From Cenococcum geophilum (lineage: Eukaryota), in NCBI GenBank assembly GCA_050273025.1, contig CP158635.1, forward strand, positions 14,756,001 to 14,820,000: a DNA stretch of 64,000 bases, given 5' to 3'. Within the stretch, counting starts at the first letter, position 1. The number at the start of each line of letters is the position of its first letter. The notes under the pieces were generated by a model that had not been told where the DNA came from, did not search any database, and was given only the letters and a program-made list of their open reading frames with translations. Made by a program: the position numbers and the translations under genes. Positions 53,301 through 64,000 of this stretch are shown here, in pieces.

Positions 53301-54554
53301 CGTATGGTGCATTCACGGCCCGTTAAAAGGCCGTATAGTTTATTTTACGGACTGTAAGCAGGACTTACGGCTAGCTTGGAGCACCATTTGGAAGGTAGCC
53401 TAGACGGCACCTCGGGGGAGATTTCCTATGTATTTTCCTTTATGTTTTATAGTTTTATTAAAAGCAATTACGGAGGCTATATATAGGTGGTTTTATTTTT
53501 TAAGTACCGCCAGTGTATAATTATAGCACCTATTGTACTAACCGCGTGCTTACGCGTTCGGTACACCAGGTACGCGTTTACGCGTTTAGTATACTAACCA
53601 CTCGCTTACGCGTCTAGTGCACTTATAAAGCACTGACTAATTAGGGGGGAGGTGCATTAGTATATAGACTACGTAGTCTGCTTTATATAATCGACAGTTA
53701 CTACCATCCTAAAGAGCATACGATACTATACGTATTTCGTGCCCCGGGATATAACTTACTCGTGCTATTAAATTAGTATAAACAGGGTCTAAGAGATTAT
53801 GGTCGCAGCTTTAGTAGTAATAAAGCGTTAAAATACACCAAAAATTACCTTTTTTACTGCCGTATCTTAACCCTTTTATAACGTCTAGTTATTATAAAAA
53901 TACTACAAGGTAAGAGCTCTTTAGCTTCTCTATCTACTGTATTAAATAACGACGTTGTAGCATTATTATATAAAATATTAGATATAGGCAGTTAGTCGCA
54001 TTTTATCTAAAACTCGTTATTGTAATCTTGCTAAAATCTTACCTTACTGCCCTACCTTATATACTTCTCTAGATTTAATTATCTCTAAAATAGTACGAGC
54101 TAAAAGCCCTTTGTCTTCTCTATTGCCTCTATATTATAGCGATATTGTAGCTCTATTTTACGAAGTTAGATATAGGTAGTTAGTTAGTTTTAGTTAAATC
54201 TATAAAAATCTATAAAGATTCCGTTTAAAATCTAACTTATAATTTATAATAATATATCTCGCCCCTTAGTATTCTTTATAGGAGGTTATAATCTATAAAT
54301 ATATAGATATAATTACTTAAAGAATCCATTATATTAAATAAATATATTATAACTATTATAGTTAGGACATAGCTTATATAGGAAGGCTAAAATTAGTTTT
54401 TAAAATTATGAGTTACCACTAAAGCTGCGACTATAATCTCTTAGACCATTTATGGAATATTTCGTTGGTTAATAAGGAGTAGTATACCCACATACCTGCA
54501 CGTACGCGTAGTGTACGTACTAACGGTCCATAAAGGGTCTGATTTATAAGATAA
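47362..54554. mobile_element. Non-autonomous long-TIR element whose left arm is split by the Copia insertion
   Basis: 47362-47463 joined to 53790-53820 is the reverse complement of about 54412-54554 (TTATCTTATAAATCAGAC, TACTACTCCTTATTAACCAACGAA, GGTCTAAGAGATTATRGTCGCAGCTTTAGT). About 870 bp once the Copia is removed; possible TA TSD. Confidence 0.85.
47464..53784 (+). mobile_element. Full-length RIPped Ty1/Copia LTR retrotransposon
   Basis: 271-bp LTRs at 47464-47734 and 53514-53784; TSD GGGTC at 47459-47463 and 53785-53789. Domain order is gag, knuckle KCFI(C)GKEG (about 49640), protease (about 50055), LHR.FG(H)P (about 50500), integrase, RT (KPLY.V.EAGN.WF about 52141; (Q)T(DD)TL about 52288), RNase H (FTDASFANNKD 52768; ADAMTK 53161). 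Confidence 0.97.
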
Positions 54555-55349
54555 TAGGGACCCGATACAGAGCTTTGTATAGAGCCTCCGTATATAGAGC
54601 TTTATATAGAGCCTCGCGCAGAGCCTTATATAGAGCCTCGTGTAGAGCCTTATATAGAGTCTTTAAGTAATAAGACTATATAAGATTATATAAAAGTATT
54701 TTAATCCTAATAAATATTTAAAAGTATTAAAAGCTAGTATACTATAGGCTAAGAAAATAGTTAAAAACTATTTATATAATTAGCATATAACTTTAAAATA
54801 ATATATTATATTACCTTAATTGCATATTAAGGAATATACAGTTAACGTTTAGGGTTATTAAGTTGGTTAACTGCGTATTATTTAACTTTTAAATATATTA
54901 AGTTAGTTAATTGCATATTAATTACGCAAAACGCGCTAAATAATCTTTACTTAAATCTTGGCCTGCGAACATTTTCCTAATAATATAGCTTTAAATTAAT
55001 TATCCCTAGTAATTAGAACGGTCGTTACGCGCAGCTATAGGCGTTTACTACAATTACTATATATAGTTAGTAGTAATTAAGCGAAATTAGATACGCGTAG
55101 CGAATTTAAATTTTGCTATCAGCCAGATTCTAGGCGGTTGGCCTTTTTAATTCGGTTAGCCAAGTCCTAAGCGGCTAGCCTTATTCTAAACGGCCAGCCA
55201 ACCCAAGCGGCTAGCCGAGTACTTACGGTATCTTAGGCGCGGCTAGCCGAATCCTGTCTATAGGAGTCTCTTCTAATTACCGTCCTGATTTGCACATACT
55301 AGGTCGGCCTGCCTGCTAAGATTTGGGTAGGTTTCCCAAGTTAGGCTTA

Positions 55350-55651
55350 TCCCTTGACCCGTCAGGGCGAGCAAGGGGAAGGCCCGTGCGCGAACACCAG
55401 AATCAGAACAACGCGTAGGATTCAACCATCAAATACACCACCGCCATGCCTTTTAATCACGCTAGAATTGATGCAGATCTTGTTCAGAAGACTCAATATA
55501 AGATTCCCCCAAATAAGACGGCGAAAAAACCCCCCCGAAGCCTTGGCCACTCCCCGAATTTTGTATTCCTGAGCACGGCTACCGGATCCTACTGATCTGA
55601 TTGGTGGGCTCTTATCGATAACTTGCGTGCCCAAGTTGACGGGTTAAGGGA
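55350..55651. mobile_element. RIP-free MITE-like element of about 300 bp
   Basis: 15-bp TIR TCCCTTGACCCGTCA / TGACGGGTTAAGGGA (one mismatch) flanked by TA on both sides; interior keeps CpA/TpG. Confidence 0.8.
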
Positions 55652-55882
55652 TAGTACGCTAGGTCCAACTAAAAAGATTTCTAGATAAAATATTTTCTAT
55701 ATTCTAAAGATCCTGATTTAGCTCCTTGATATTATATAAAAAAACCTTAATTTTTTACGTTTTTCAATACTAGGCTAACCTAGATATAAATATACTATTA
55801 GCTTTGCTCTGTTATCGTATTAGCCTTAATTACTTAACTTAGTCGATTTAGATAGATCATTTGGATCTACACTATTATTTTA

Positions 55883-56579
55883 GGGCATGTTCGGTTGCAG
55901 CTCCATATTGTAACGGAAATGGAGCTCAAATATGAATATGAGGGTGTTGTTCGGTAAATCTAACGACTTTTGAATATGGAGCCCCTCCATATCGGTAAGC
56001 GCGTCAAATTTGCAAGCTATACTATATACAGTAGTTGTAATAAGGTTCTTGGCACCGTTTTAATATGGAGCTTTAAGCTCCAGTTCTATATTCCATATTA
56101 ATCTGGAGCCCTCGCATACGCACTAAAGTAACGACTTCTAATCGCGATACTGCTGTCGCATTTACATGCCTTATATAATATTATTATTCTAACCTTCGTG
56201 GTTACAATAAGCTTATTTTTAAGGCGTTGTGGGTATTATTATAGCTCTACTATAGATCCTACGGGAGGCGGGTAAAGACGTAGGAAACGTTAATCGCAGA
56301 GAGGGCGTTGGCCGAGGAGGAGGCTCTATTGCTACACTAAAGTAGGGAGTCGCGATAGAGGCCTGGTGGCAGAGAGGGGCTCATTCGAATTTCTCACCGA
56401 CGTTAATTACGAAGTTAAATATGGAGCCTTATTCTGGAGCTGCAACCGAATAATTGACTTAATTATAGATTCAAATGAGCTATAGTGGTAGCCGCTACTA
56501 ATTACAAAACGGGCGACACTAAAAGGCGCACGGATTGAACAGATTATGATATGGAGGCGATTTGCAACCGAACGTGCCC
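55883..56579. mobile_element. PIF/Harbinger (Tourist-like) non-autonomous element
   Basis: 17-bp TIR GGGCATGTTCGGTTGCA / TGCAACCGAACGTGCCC (one mismatch); 3-bp TSD TTA at 55880-55882 and 56580-56582; repeated ATATGGAGC subterminal motifs. Confidence 0.9.
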
Positions 56580-56637
56580 TTAATCGTCGGCACTAGGCGA
56601 TTAACACTCTACGGTGTTTTCGGTCTTGGGAATAGCT

Positions 56638-56647
56638 AAAAAAAAAA
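56638..56647 (-). terminator. RNA polymerase III oligo(dT) terminator of the tRNA gene
   Basis: T10 on the minus strand, 12 nt downstream of the tRNA discriminator base. Confidence 0.75.
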
Positions 56648-56659
56648 TTGAAATGGAAA

Positions 56660-56778
56660 TGACCAATGCAGGGATGAACCTGCAATCTCTTGATTCGTAG
56701 TCAACTTGCTCAAGTTAGTGCGGAACAAGCCGGGGCAAGGTGAGAAACATACGCGCCTTGCCATTGGGCCAATTGGCC
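56660..56778 (-). tRNA. tRNA-Arg-ACG: tRNA-Arg(ACG) with a 48-nt non-canonical intron at 27/28 (exon 1 56778-56753, intron 56752-56705, exon 2 56704-56660)
   Basis: Joined exons GGCCAATTGGCCCAATGGCAAGGCGC|TTGACTACGAATCAAGAGATTGCAGGTTCATCCCTGCATTGGTCA fold into a cloverleaf: acceptor GGCCAAT/ATTGGTC, anticodon stem CTTGA/TCAAG with loop CTACGAA, T stem GCAGG/CCTGC. The T loop is 6 nt (TTCATC, G57 missing), so this copy may be defective or carry a sequencing error. Confidence 0.9.
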
Positions 56779-57177
56779 TGTAATCTGCTTATCTGCTGTC
56801 TTTTTTAAGATATATTCCATCTTATTTTTTCCCGCGGTATTTAAATAGAGGAGCTTTATAAGGGGTGGTCCTATAAGGACTTATAAGGGTATAAGGGATC
56901 GGATAGATTTAATAACTAATCCTTAAAGAGATTATATCTCCCTCTTCTGCGCTAAAGACTTTGCTTTTGGCTAAATCTTAACGCTACGCGAGGGGATCAC
57001 GTGCGTTCCGTTTATAGCACGCTTTCACCTTATAACTATCTTCCCTCTCTTTATAGTTCGCCCTTTAACCTAGATAAATATAAATTTAAGGCCTTAGTAG
57101 TAAGAGTAAATAGGAGAGACATAGTATATTTGACGCCTGTGTTAACATATATATTTAGCTGCGGCTCCTTCCCTATT

Positions 57178-59257
57178 TGTTAAAATGAGGTTATTAGGGC
57201 TAAAACTCTATGCATTGCTTATTTTCTATATAGGTAGTTGAAGAGATTTTAAGGAACTTTGACCGCCGGTCGAAGTTCTCTAATTGGTTAGATTCCTGCT
57301 AAGAGGTTCTCCCCAAGTCTTATCACGTGATATTATTGCGGGCTTGTTTTCCAACACCCTCCCTTAAGCTTAGTTAATAATACCGCTATATACACTATAT
57401 ATAGGGGTGTAGGATTGCTTAATAAGGGTTACTAAAGCTCCTCTAAGGTAGAATAAGTATCTAATAAGGAGTTACGCCCTCCCTAATATTTAAAGACAGC
57501 GCCTGCTCCGTAAAACATCTCTTAAAATTTTTAGCAGTACCTCCCTATAGGTATTCTATATTGCCTATAGAGCTCTAAAGGCCCTATAGCCTTACCCTAT
57601 GTCTCTCCTAAAGTATGTCTATCCTTCCTATTAGTATAAGCCCTCCCTAATGTCGTGGCCGTTAGATTTAGGTGGTAGGTTTAAGTAGTAGGTTAGTAGA
57701 TTAAGGTTAAGTTCTATTACTTATTTTAAGGCCTTAAGGCATTATTTAGCGCACTCTCTAAGGATTTACTAATTATATACTGATTTCCTATTAAGGCCTA
57801 GTGTAGTTAATTAAGTCTCTGCACTATTTAAAGGTATTTAAAGAAGGCGTAGAACTAAGGACCCATAAGAGGCTTAGTAAGGCCGTCGGCCGCTATATTA
57901 ATTAAAGCAATATATATAAGGTTAATCCTATTACTATTTATCTTATCTCTTACGTAGTGAAACTAGATGTTAATATGCTTTATTTAATTGTATTAAACTA
58001 GATTTTTAGCTAATGCTTTTATAGCTTAGTTATTGGTTTTAATTAAGATCTTAGTAAACTATTTACTCTAGTCTAGTACACCTAGTTTAGTAAGTAAAAG
58101 TTAAAGCCATATAGCCTCTTTTACTGCAGCCGTTAGAGCCGTATACTCTAATTAATATATTAATAGTAAAATAGTAGCTTATAGCTTTAATTTCTATAAA
58201 ATTAGTCCTTTATTTAATATAAATACAAAGCCCAATATAGAGCGTCTTATAGTTTTATCTTGTCCCTAGTTAGTATTACTAAAGCTAATTAGAGTAAGGT
58301 CTAGGTTCTTATCGCCTTTATAGGTAATTCCTCTATTAAGCGAGCCAGCCAGGTATTAAAGGATAAGTCTTACGGCCGTTATATAGGTAGAGGTAGGATT
58401 ATAGGCGAAACGGCTCACTATTAATACCGCAAAGGTAATATCTAGCCTTGTTTCTATTATAGGAAATATAACTAAACCAACCATACTCTAATATCTTCTA
58501 ACATTATCCTTACTAGTAGTTTTTTAATTAGCTATAAGCTTAATTAAGTGCTTTATAAGTATTAGTAAGGTATTAACCTTTTACAATTTAAAACGTTTAA
58601 GAGCTTTAATAAGGTAGGCTTACTATAAGAGTATAATCTTCTTCTTTATTTAATCTCTTATAACTATTATGCCTAAGTAAAAGCTTATTAGCCCAAGATC
58701 TATTATTTAGAAGGCTGCTTTAAGCTCTGCTTTTGCCTAATTAACTATTACTATATCCTTATAGATAATCTTAGTATTATTAACATAGGCAGAAATAATT
58801 AAACCTTTTTATCTTTTATTAGTGGCGAATATACTATAATCCGCGTATAGATAATAAAGTCTAAGTTTTTCTAGTAGAAACTTTAAGAGCGTCTTATACT
58901 AGATTTAAGGTAACTATTTTAGTCCGTAGAGGGCCTTCTTAAGGCAGCAGATTTTACCGGCTTCTTTATAGCCTTTTGGCATAATAACGTAGAGTTCTTA
59001 ATTAATTGGTCTATAGAGAAAGGTAGTTTTAATATCTATCTATTTAATTTTAAGGTTATAGTAGGTAGCAATCGCGAATAGAGCCCTAAAAGCTATAGGT
59101 TTTACTACCGCAGTAAAGGTCTAGTTATAGTCGACACCGTACTGCTATAGATATCCCTTAACAACCTATCTAGCTTTATAGCGGAGGACCTTGCCATTCT
59201 TTCCCTTTTTAACTTTAAATACCTATTTACTAGCGAGAGGCTTATAAGGAGGCTTAA
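57178..59257 (-). mobile_element. 3' part of a RIPped Ty1/Copia element (RT, RNase H, PPT, 3' LTR), interrupted by Gypsy B2
   Basis: LTR 57178-57356 (TGTTAAAA...TTCCAACA) with minus-strand PPT AAGGGAGGG at 57357-57365. Minus-strand motifs RYKAR(W)VV (about 59170), CLKKALYGLK (about 58930), AYV(DD) (about 58780) and AADGLTKP (about 57880). Confidence 0.92.
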
Positions 59258-62200
59258 TGTCACGGAACCCTACCGCAGGGGCCTCTATAGGAGAGCCCCG
59301 TGCTCTCGCGTATACCTCGCGTACAGCTTATATTAGCTACGCGTAGGTATATCACCTCCTTACGCCCTCGACCCTTACGATCGATCGCGCAACGTCTTGT
59401 AGACTCCTCGAATACATACGCTTTGTAGCCACTGCCCCCGTCCCATAATATTACGTTACGCCTTTTTTTACCACTAACGCTCAGCCTACGACCAATTCTA
59501 CGTCTTTGTAATACTATAGGCGCTACTAGAAGCAGCATGTCTACGAATTACCTCACTTTATACTTCTAAGGAACCTATAATAGTAAGATAATATCCTTTA
59601 CTAGCTATTATATTAAACCCAAAGAATAATCTAATACCTATATCTAACCTACAACGCCAATTAATCCTAGGAGAATTTAATTTATTAGCCCTAGCCTTAA
59701 CCCCTAAGGAGATGGACACTAATAATGTCTTATCTTTTATTAACTATATAACTACGGATAAGCAAACGGAAGGGCTATTACCTATTAAAATCGAAATACG
59801 AGACGCTAAGACGTTTGTAAAAATGGTAGCATGAGACCCTAATAAATACTACCGCCTTCTATAGAACTATTACCTAAAGCTTATATAAGCCGAGATGCGT
59901 ACTGCCTAAGATTGCGATATTATTTAAGACCTATAAGCTTATAAGGCGCTTACTAATAATATACGTTAAGAAACCGAAGACAACCTCTATATATCTAAAC
60001 GCGACGTCTAATAGTTAAAGAAGGCTAAGATTATACTAATTGCTATAGTCACTAAAAGAGAAGGCATAATTAAATACCTATAATCTTAGCTTAATAAGCA
60101 CATTTATAATAATACTAGATACCTCTCTACTACATATAACGCCACCTAAGTCTCTATACCCCTGGCAACTTTACCTACTTAACGCTTAATAGAGGGCTAG
60201 CGTTAAGCAGCTTTACTTAATAGGAACCCCTACTAAAGTAGTAATAATAAAAGCTATAATAATTGGACTTAAACTACTACCGTAGGGTCTAATATACGCT
60301 ACCCTAATCCCCTAGTTTTTTAGGGAGACCGTAAGGAATATAGCTACTAGAAGATATAAATTCGTAAGAAACTAACTTAGAGCGCCTACCTTTTTCCTAT
60401 AGAAGATATTAAGATTGGCTATATTATTAGGCGAATAAAGGGTATACTATTTAATAGACTCTTCGCCTAATAGGAGACTAGTAGCCCCTAGAAGTAGCAA
60501 TTCTACTAAAAAGTCCTTAATAATCTTAACCTAATATACCGCGACTATAACCTACTAGCTACCAACTAAGCTAAACTATATACCCTAAAGATAAGCCCTA
60601 CCAAATTATTTAATAAATTCTATATTAAATTCTAGGAATATACTAGAGCCCTCACCTAAGATAATACTAAAAACTAAGAGGACCTCCTTAAAAAAGTTAC
60701 TTATCGCCTTAGTTACGCAGCCGCCAGCTATAACTATAACAATGTTTATAATATAGTAGTAGCTCTATAGAAGATTAAACGACGACTAAATTAGATTACT
60801 ACTACTAATCTTTACCTAAAGACCTCTTTATAGAAGCCCTCTGGGCCTACTAAACCCATATATACTAAGCTACCAACGCCTACTACCTTAAGTACTACTA
60901 GAACTAATATTAATTTCTTTATACTAACCTTTCTATAGAAACTCCTAGATAGAGAACGCGAGCTACTCTAAAAACTAGGACGCTGCTATAAATGCCGTTA
61001 AGAAAGCTATTATTACGATAACCTAAACTACCTAATAGCTAGGTTTAGTAGCCGCCGCCTAATACCTAACTTAATACCCTAAACACTAAATACGTTGCTA
61101 CGCGCCACTACTATATAAGACGAAGACGTAGTAATAGTAGTAGAGTTGGATACAGAAATGGAAAACACTAAGTCCTAGCCCTAAGTTATGGGTTAGGACG
61201 CCTTAATAACGGAGGGATCTATATATTAGCTTGCTTAATAGATAACTCTATAAAGATAAATAGACGGAAATAGATAGTTTTACCTATAATAGAAACTACT
61301 GCTAAAAAATAATATAAAAGCCGTTCTATAATTAATTACGGAGCTACTAATAAATTTATAAATACCTAATTTATACGTACTTATAACCTACCTACCTTAC
61401 CCCTTATTAAAGCCCGCGCCCTATAACTTGCTAACAGTAATTATACTATATAGAAGATTACCTATATAGCATAACTCTACCTAGATATAAATAGGTACTA
61501 GGAAGAACTCTAAGCCTATATAACACCACTTACTAACTACCCTATTATCCTTAGAATAAACTAGCTTAAATAATATAACCCCGCCATTAACTAGAAGAAG
61601 AGAGAAGTAACCTTTAACTCTAAATACTATAGAGAGACTTACCTAGGGCATAGCCTAGCCGCCTCTATTTACTCCCTAGGATATTAACCTAAGGAACCCC
61701 TTATTACCCTATCTACGACTAACTACTACTATATAAGTGCCCTGGCCTTCTACTATATAGCATATAAGAAAGGCTAGACCGTTACTATAGCTTTTTAATT
61801 ATAACTATATAAGCTTAATAAAGAATAGGACTACGTCCTCTATAGTAATAGGATAGATATAGTTAACCTTTTAGAAAATAACGCCCCTACGGAACTCTAC
61901 GGACTTTTACCTTTAGACTTTAAGAAGTTTATAAAGCTTAAAAAAGGACTTACCAACGAAGAACTCCGTAAGCTCCTCCCTAAGAGGTACTATAACTTTA
62001 CCGATATATGCTTATAAAAGAGTGTAGATATACTCCCCCTATATTAACCTAATAACTATACTATTAATATTAAATAAGGAAAAATACTACCTTATAAGAG
62101 ACCCTACCTAATATTAAAAGATAAGCTTTTAGTTATAAAAAAGTATATTAACAAGCACCTTAATAAAGGATTTATTTGTCCTAGCATATCACTAGTAGCC

Positions 62201-64000
62201 GCCCCTATCCTTCTTACTAAGAAGCTAGGAGGAGGTATTTAATTCTGTGTTAACTATAGAGGACTTAACGCTATTACGATTAAAAACTAATACTTAGTAC
62301 CGCTTATATATAAGACCCTTAAGCGGCTTAGTTAAGCTAAAATCTATACTAAGCTTAATATTATTGCCGCCTTTAACTATCTTTAAATACGGGAAGGTGA
62401 TAAATAGAAAACCGTATTTGTATTGCGCTTTAGCTAATTTAAATATACCGTTATACCCTTTAGCGTATATAACGGCCCAGGTACCTTTTAAAGCTATATT
62501 AATAACACCTTATAGGACTACCTTAATAACTTCTACTCTGCGTACCTAGACGACATACTTATTTATAGTAATAACCCCTTTAAGCATACCAAATACGTTT
62601 AAAAGGTCCTATAGTGCCTTAGGGACGTAGGACTTTATATTAATTTAAAGAAATATAAATTCTTAGTTATAGAAGTAAAATACCTTAGACTAATTATTAC
62701 TACTAAGGGTGTCTGTATAGACCCTAAGAAGGTATATATAATTACCAAATAGTAAGCCCCTAACTGTATTAAGGACGTATAAGCCTTCCTTAGTTTTGCT
62801 AACTTCTATTAGAAATTTATATACAACGTCTTAGGCGTAGTAGCACTACTTATAGTAATAATGCGAACGAAGGGCCTTTCTGTAAAAGGAAGAAAAATGC
62901 ACCTACGCTTTACCTAGACGCCTAAATGCGAGAAGGCGTTCCAAGACCTTAAAAATGCCTTTACTAAAGCACCTGTTCTAGCTTACTTTATACTAGGATA
63001 ATAACTCTACCTTAAAACCAACTCCTTAGACTACGTTAATATAGGCATCCTTTCCTAGATAGGTAATAATAGCCTTTTTTACCTAGTTATATTCTACTTA
63101 TCTAAGCTTATACTATAAGAGTGTAACTATAAAATCTATAATAAAGAACTCCTTGCAATTATATAAGCGTTTAAAGAATTCTAACTAGAACTCTCCTTAG
63201 TAGAGCCTAACTAGCTAACTAAAGTCCTTACGGACTATTGTAATCTTAAGTACTTTATAACTATAAAGTAGCTAAACTAATGCTAAGTACGTTAAAATAA
63301 GTTCCTCTCTAGTTTTAACTTTAAAATTGTATATAGACTAGGAGTATAAGGTACTAAACCTAATAGCCTAATACGCCGCTTATAAGACCTTCCTTAGTCT
63401 AAAGATAACCCCTATAATTAGTTCTAATAACAGACAATCCTAAAAGCATAAAATTTAGCCCTAGGTATACTACCTATAATAGAGCTAACTATACCCTAGC
63501 TTTATATTACAGAACTAGAGTTACCTCCTAAAATTAATGAGCTTATTACTACGGCATATAACGCCTCTGTTAACCTATTACTATATTAACTTATTACCGC
63601 AAAGACCGCTGGCGCCTATACGCTACCTACTAACCTCTAAAGCTTAGGCTAGATTAATATAGCAGCCTTAGAAGTAAAAGAGAATAGGCTCTATTATAGA
63701 GGCCGCCTATTTATCCCTAACTTAGAAAATCTATAACGGCAACTAATCTAAATAGCCTACGATCTTTAATTAAGCGGCCACTTAGGTAAAAAAGGAACCT
63801 ACAAGCTTCTTAGCCAATACTACTTCTAGCCAAAAATAATAGACTTAGTTAAACGCTTTATAGGCGCCTGCTACGGTTATAAGCGCGTTAAGGCCTTTAA
63901 TACAAAGTACTAAGGACTACTGCACCCTCTACTAGTACCTATATAACGATAGGCAGATATCGCCATAGATTTCGTTATTAACCTACTACCCTATAAACGA
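59258..64000 (+). mobile_element. RIPped Ty3/Gypsy chromovirus (family B, copy 2), truncated by the window end
   Basis: 5' LTR 59258-59450; sequence is the reverse complement of about 32860-37603. RT YLDD intact at 62543-62554; integrase Zn finger about 63770-63880 and start of the integrase core about 63955. Confidence 0.96.

Noticed and set aside
55354..55634. Overlapping 72-aa and 70-aa ORFs
   Set aside because: Non-ATG starts inside a 300-bp TIR element with no recognisable motif.
55350..55651. piggyBac assignment from CCCTT termini
   Set aside because: No TTAA direct duplication flanks the element.
56705..56752. tRNA insert as a transposon footprint or canonical 37/38 intron
   Set aside because: It has no TSD or TIR, and the anticodon loop CTACGAA is uninterrupted in exon 2.
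1..64000. Starship element with DUF3435 captain
   Set aside because: Cargo-like pseudogenes are present, but I could not recognise a tyrosine recombinase or element termini. It is unsupported rather than excluded.

Overview
AT-rich, repeat-dense region of a filamentous ascomycete genome. It is heavily mutated by RIP: TpA is abundant, CpA/TpG are scarce, and protein motifs are broken by C>T/G>A stops. No intact protein gene is visible and the ORF-track entries are remnants or chance frames. Three full-length Ty3/Gypsy chromoviruses (5746-13522, 15362-23753, 31238-37603) and one full-length Copia (47464-53784) have matching LTRs and 5-bp TSDs. A second Copia (57178-59257) is interrupted by an inverted copy of the third Gypsy family (59258 to window end). 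Also present are a RIPped hAT transposon, several MITEs (hAT-like, PIF/Harbinger-like, foldback), a solo LTR, tandem arrays, and RIPped non-TE pseudogenes (HeLo-like, FHA-like kinase, DUF3716-like/Zn-ribbon). The most striking feature lies in a small RIP-free island: a minus-strand tRNA-Arg(ACG) gene (56660-56778) split between positions 27 and 28 by a 48-nt intron with spliceosomal signals (GTATGT...CTAAC...AG). All protein identities come from manual translation and recalled motifs; no database search was run.
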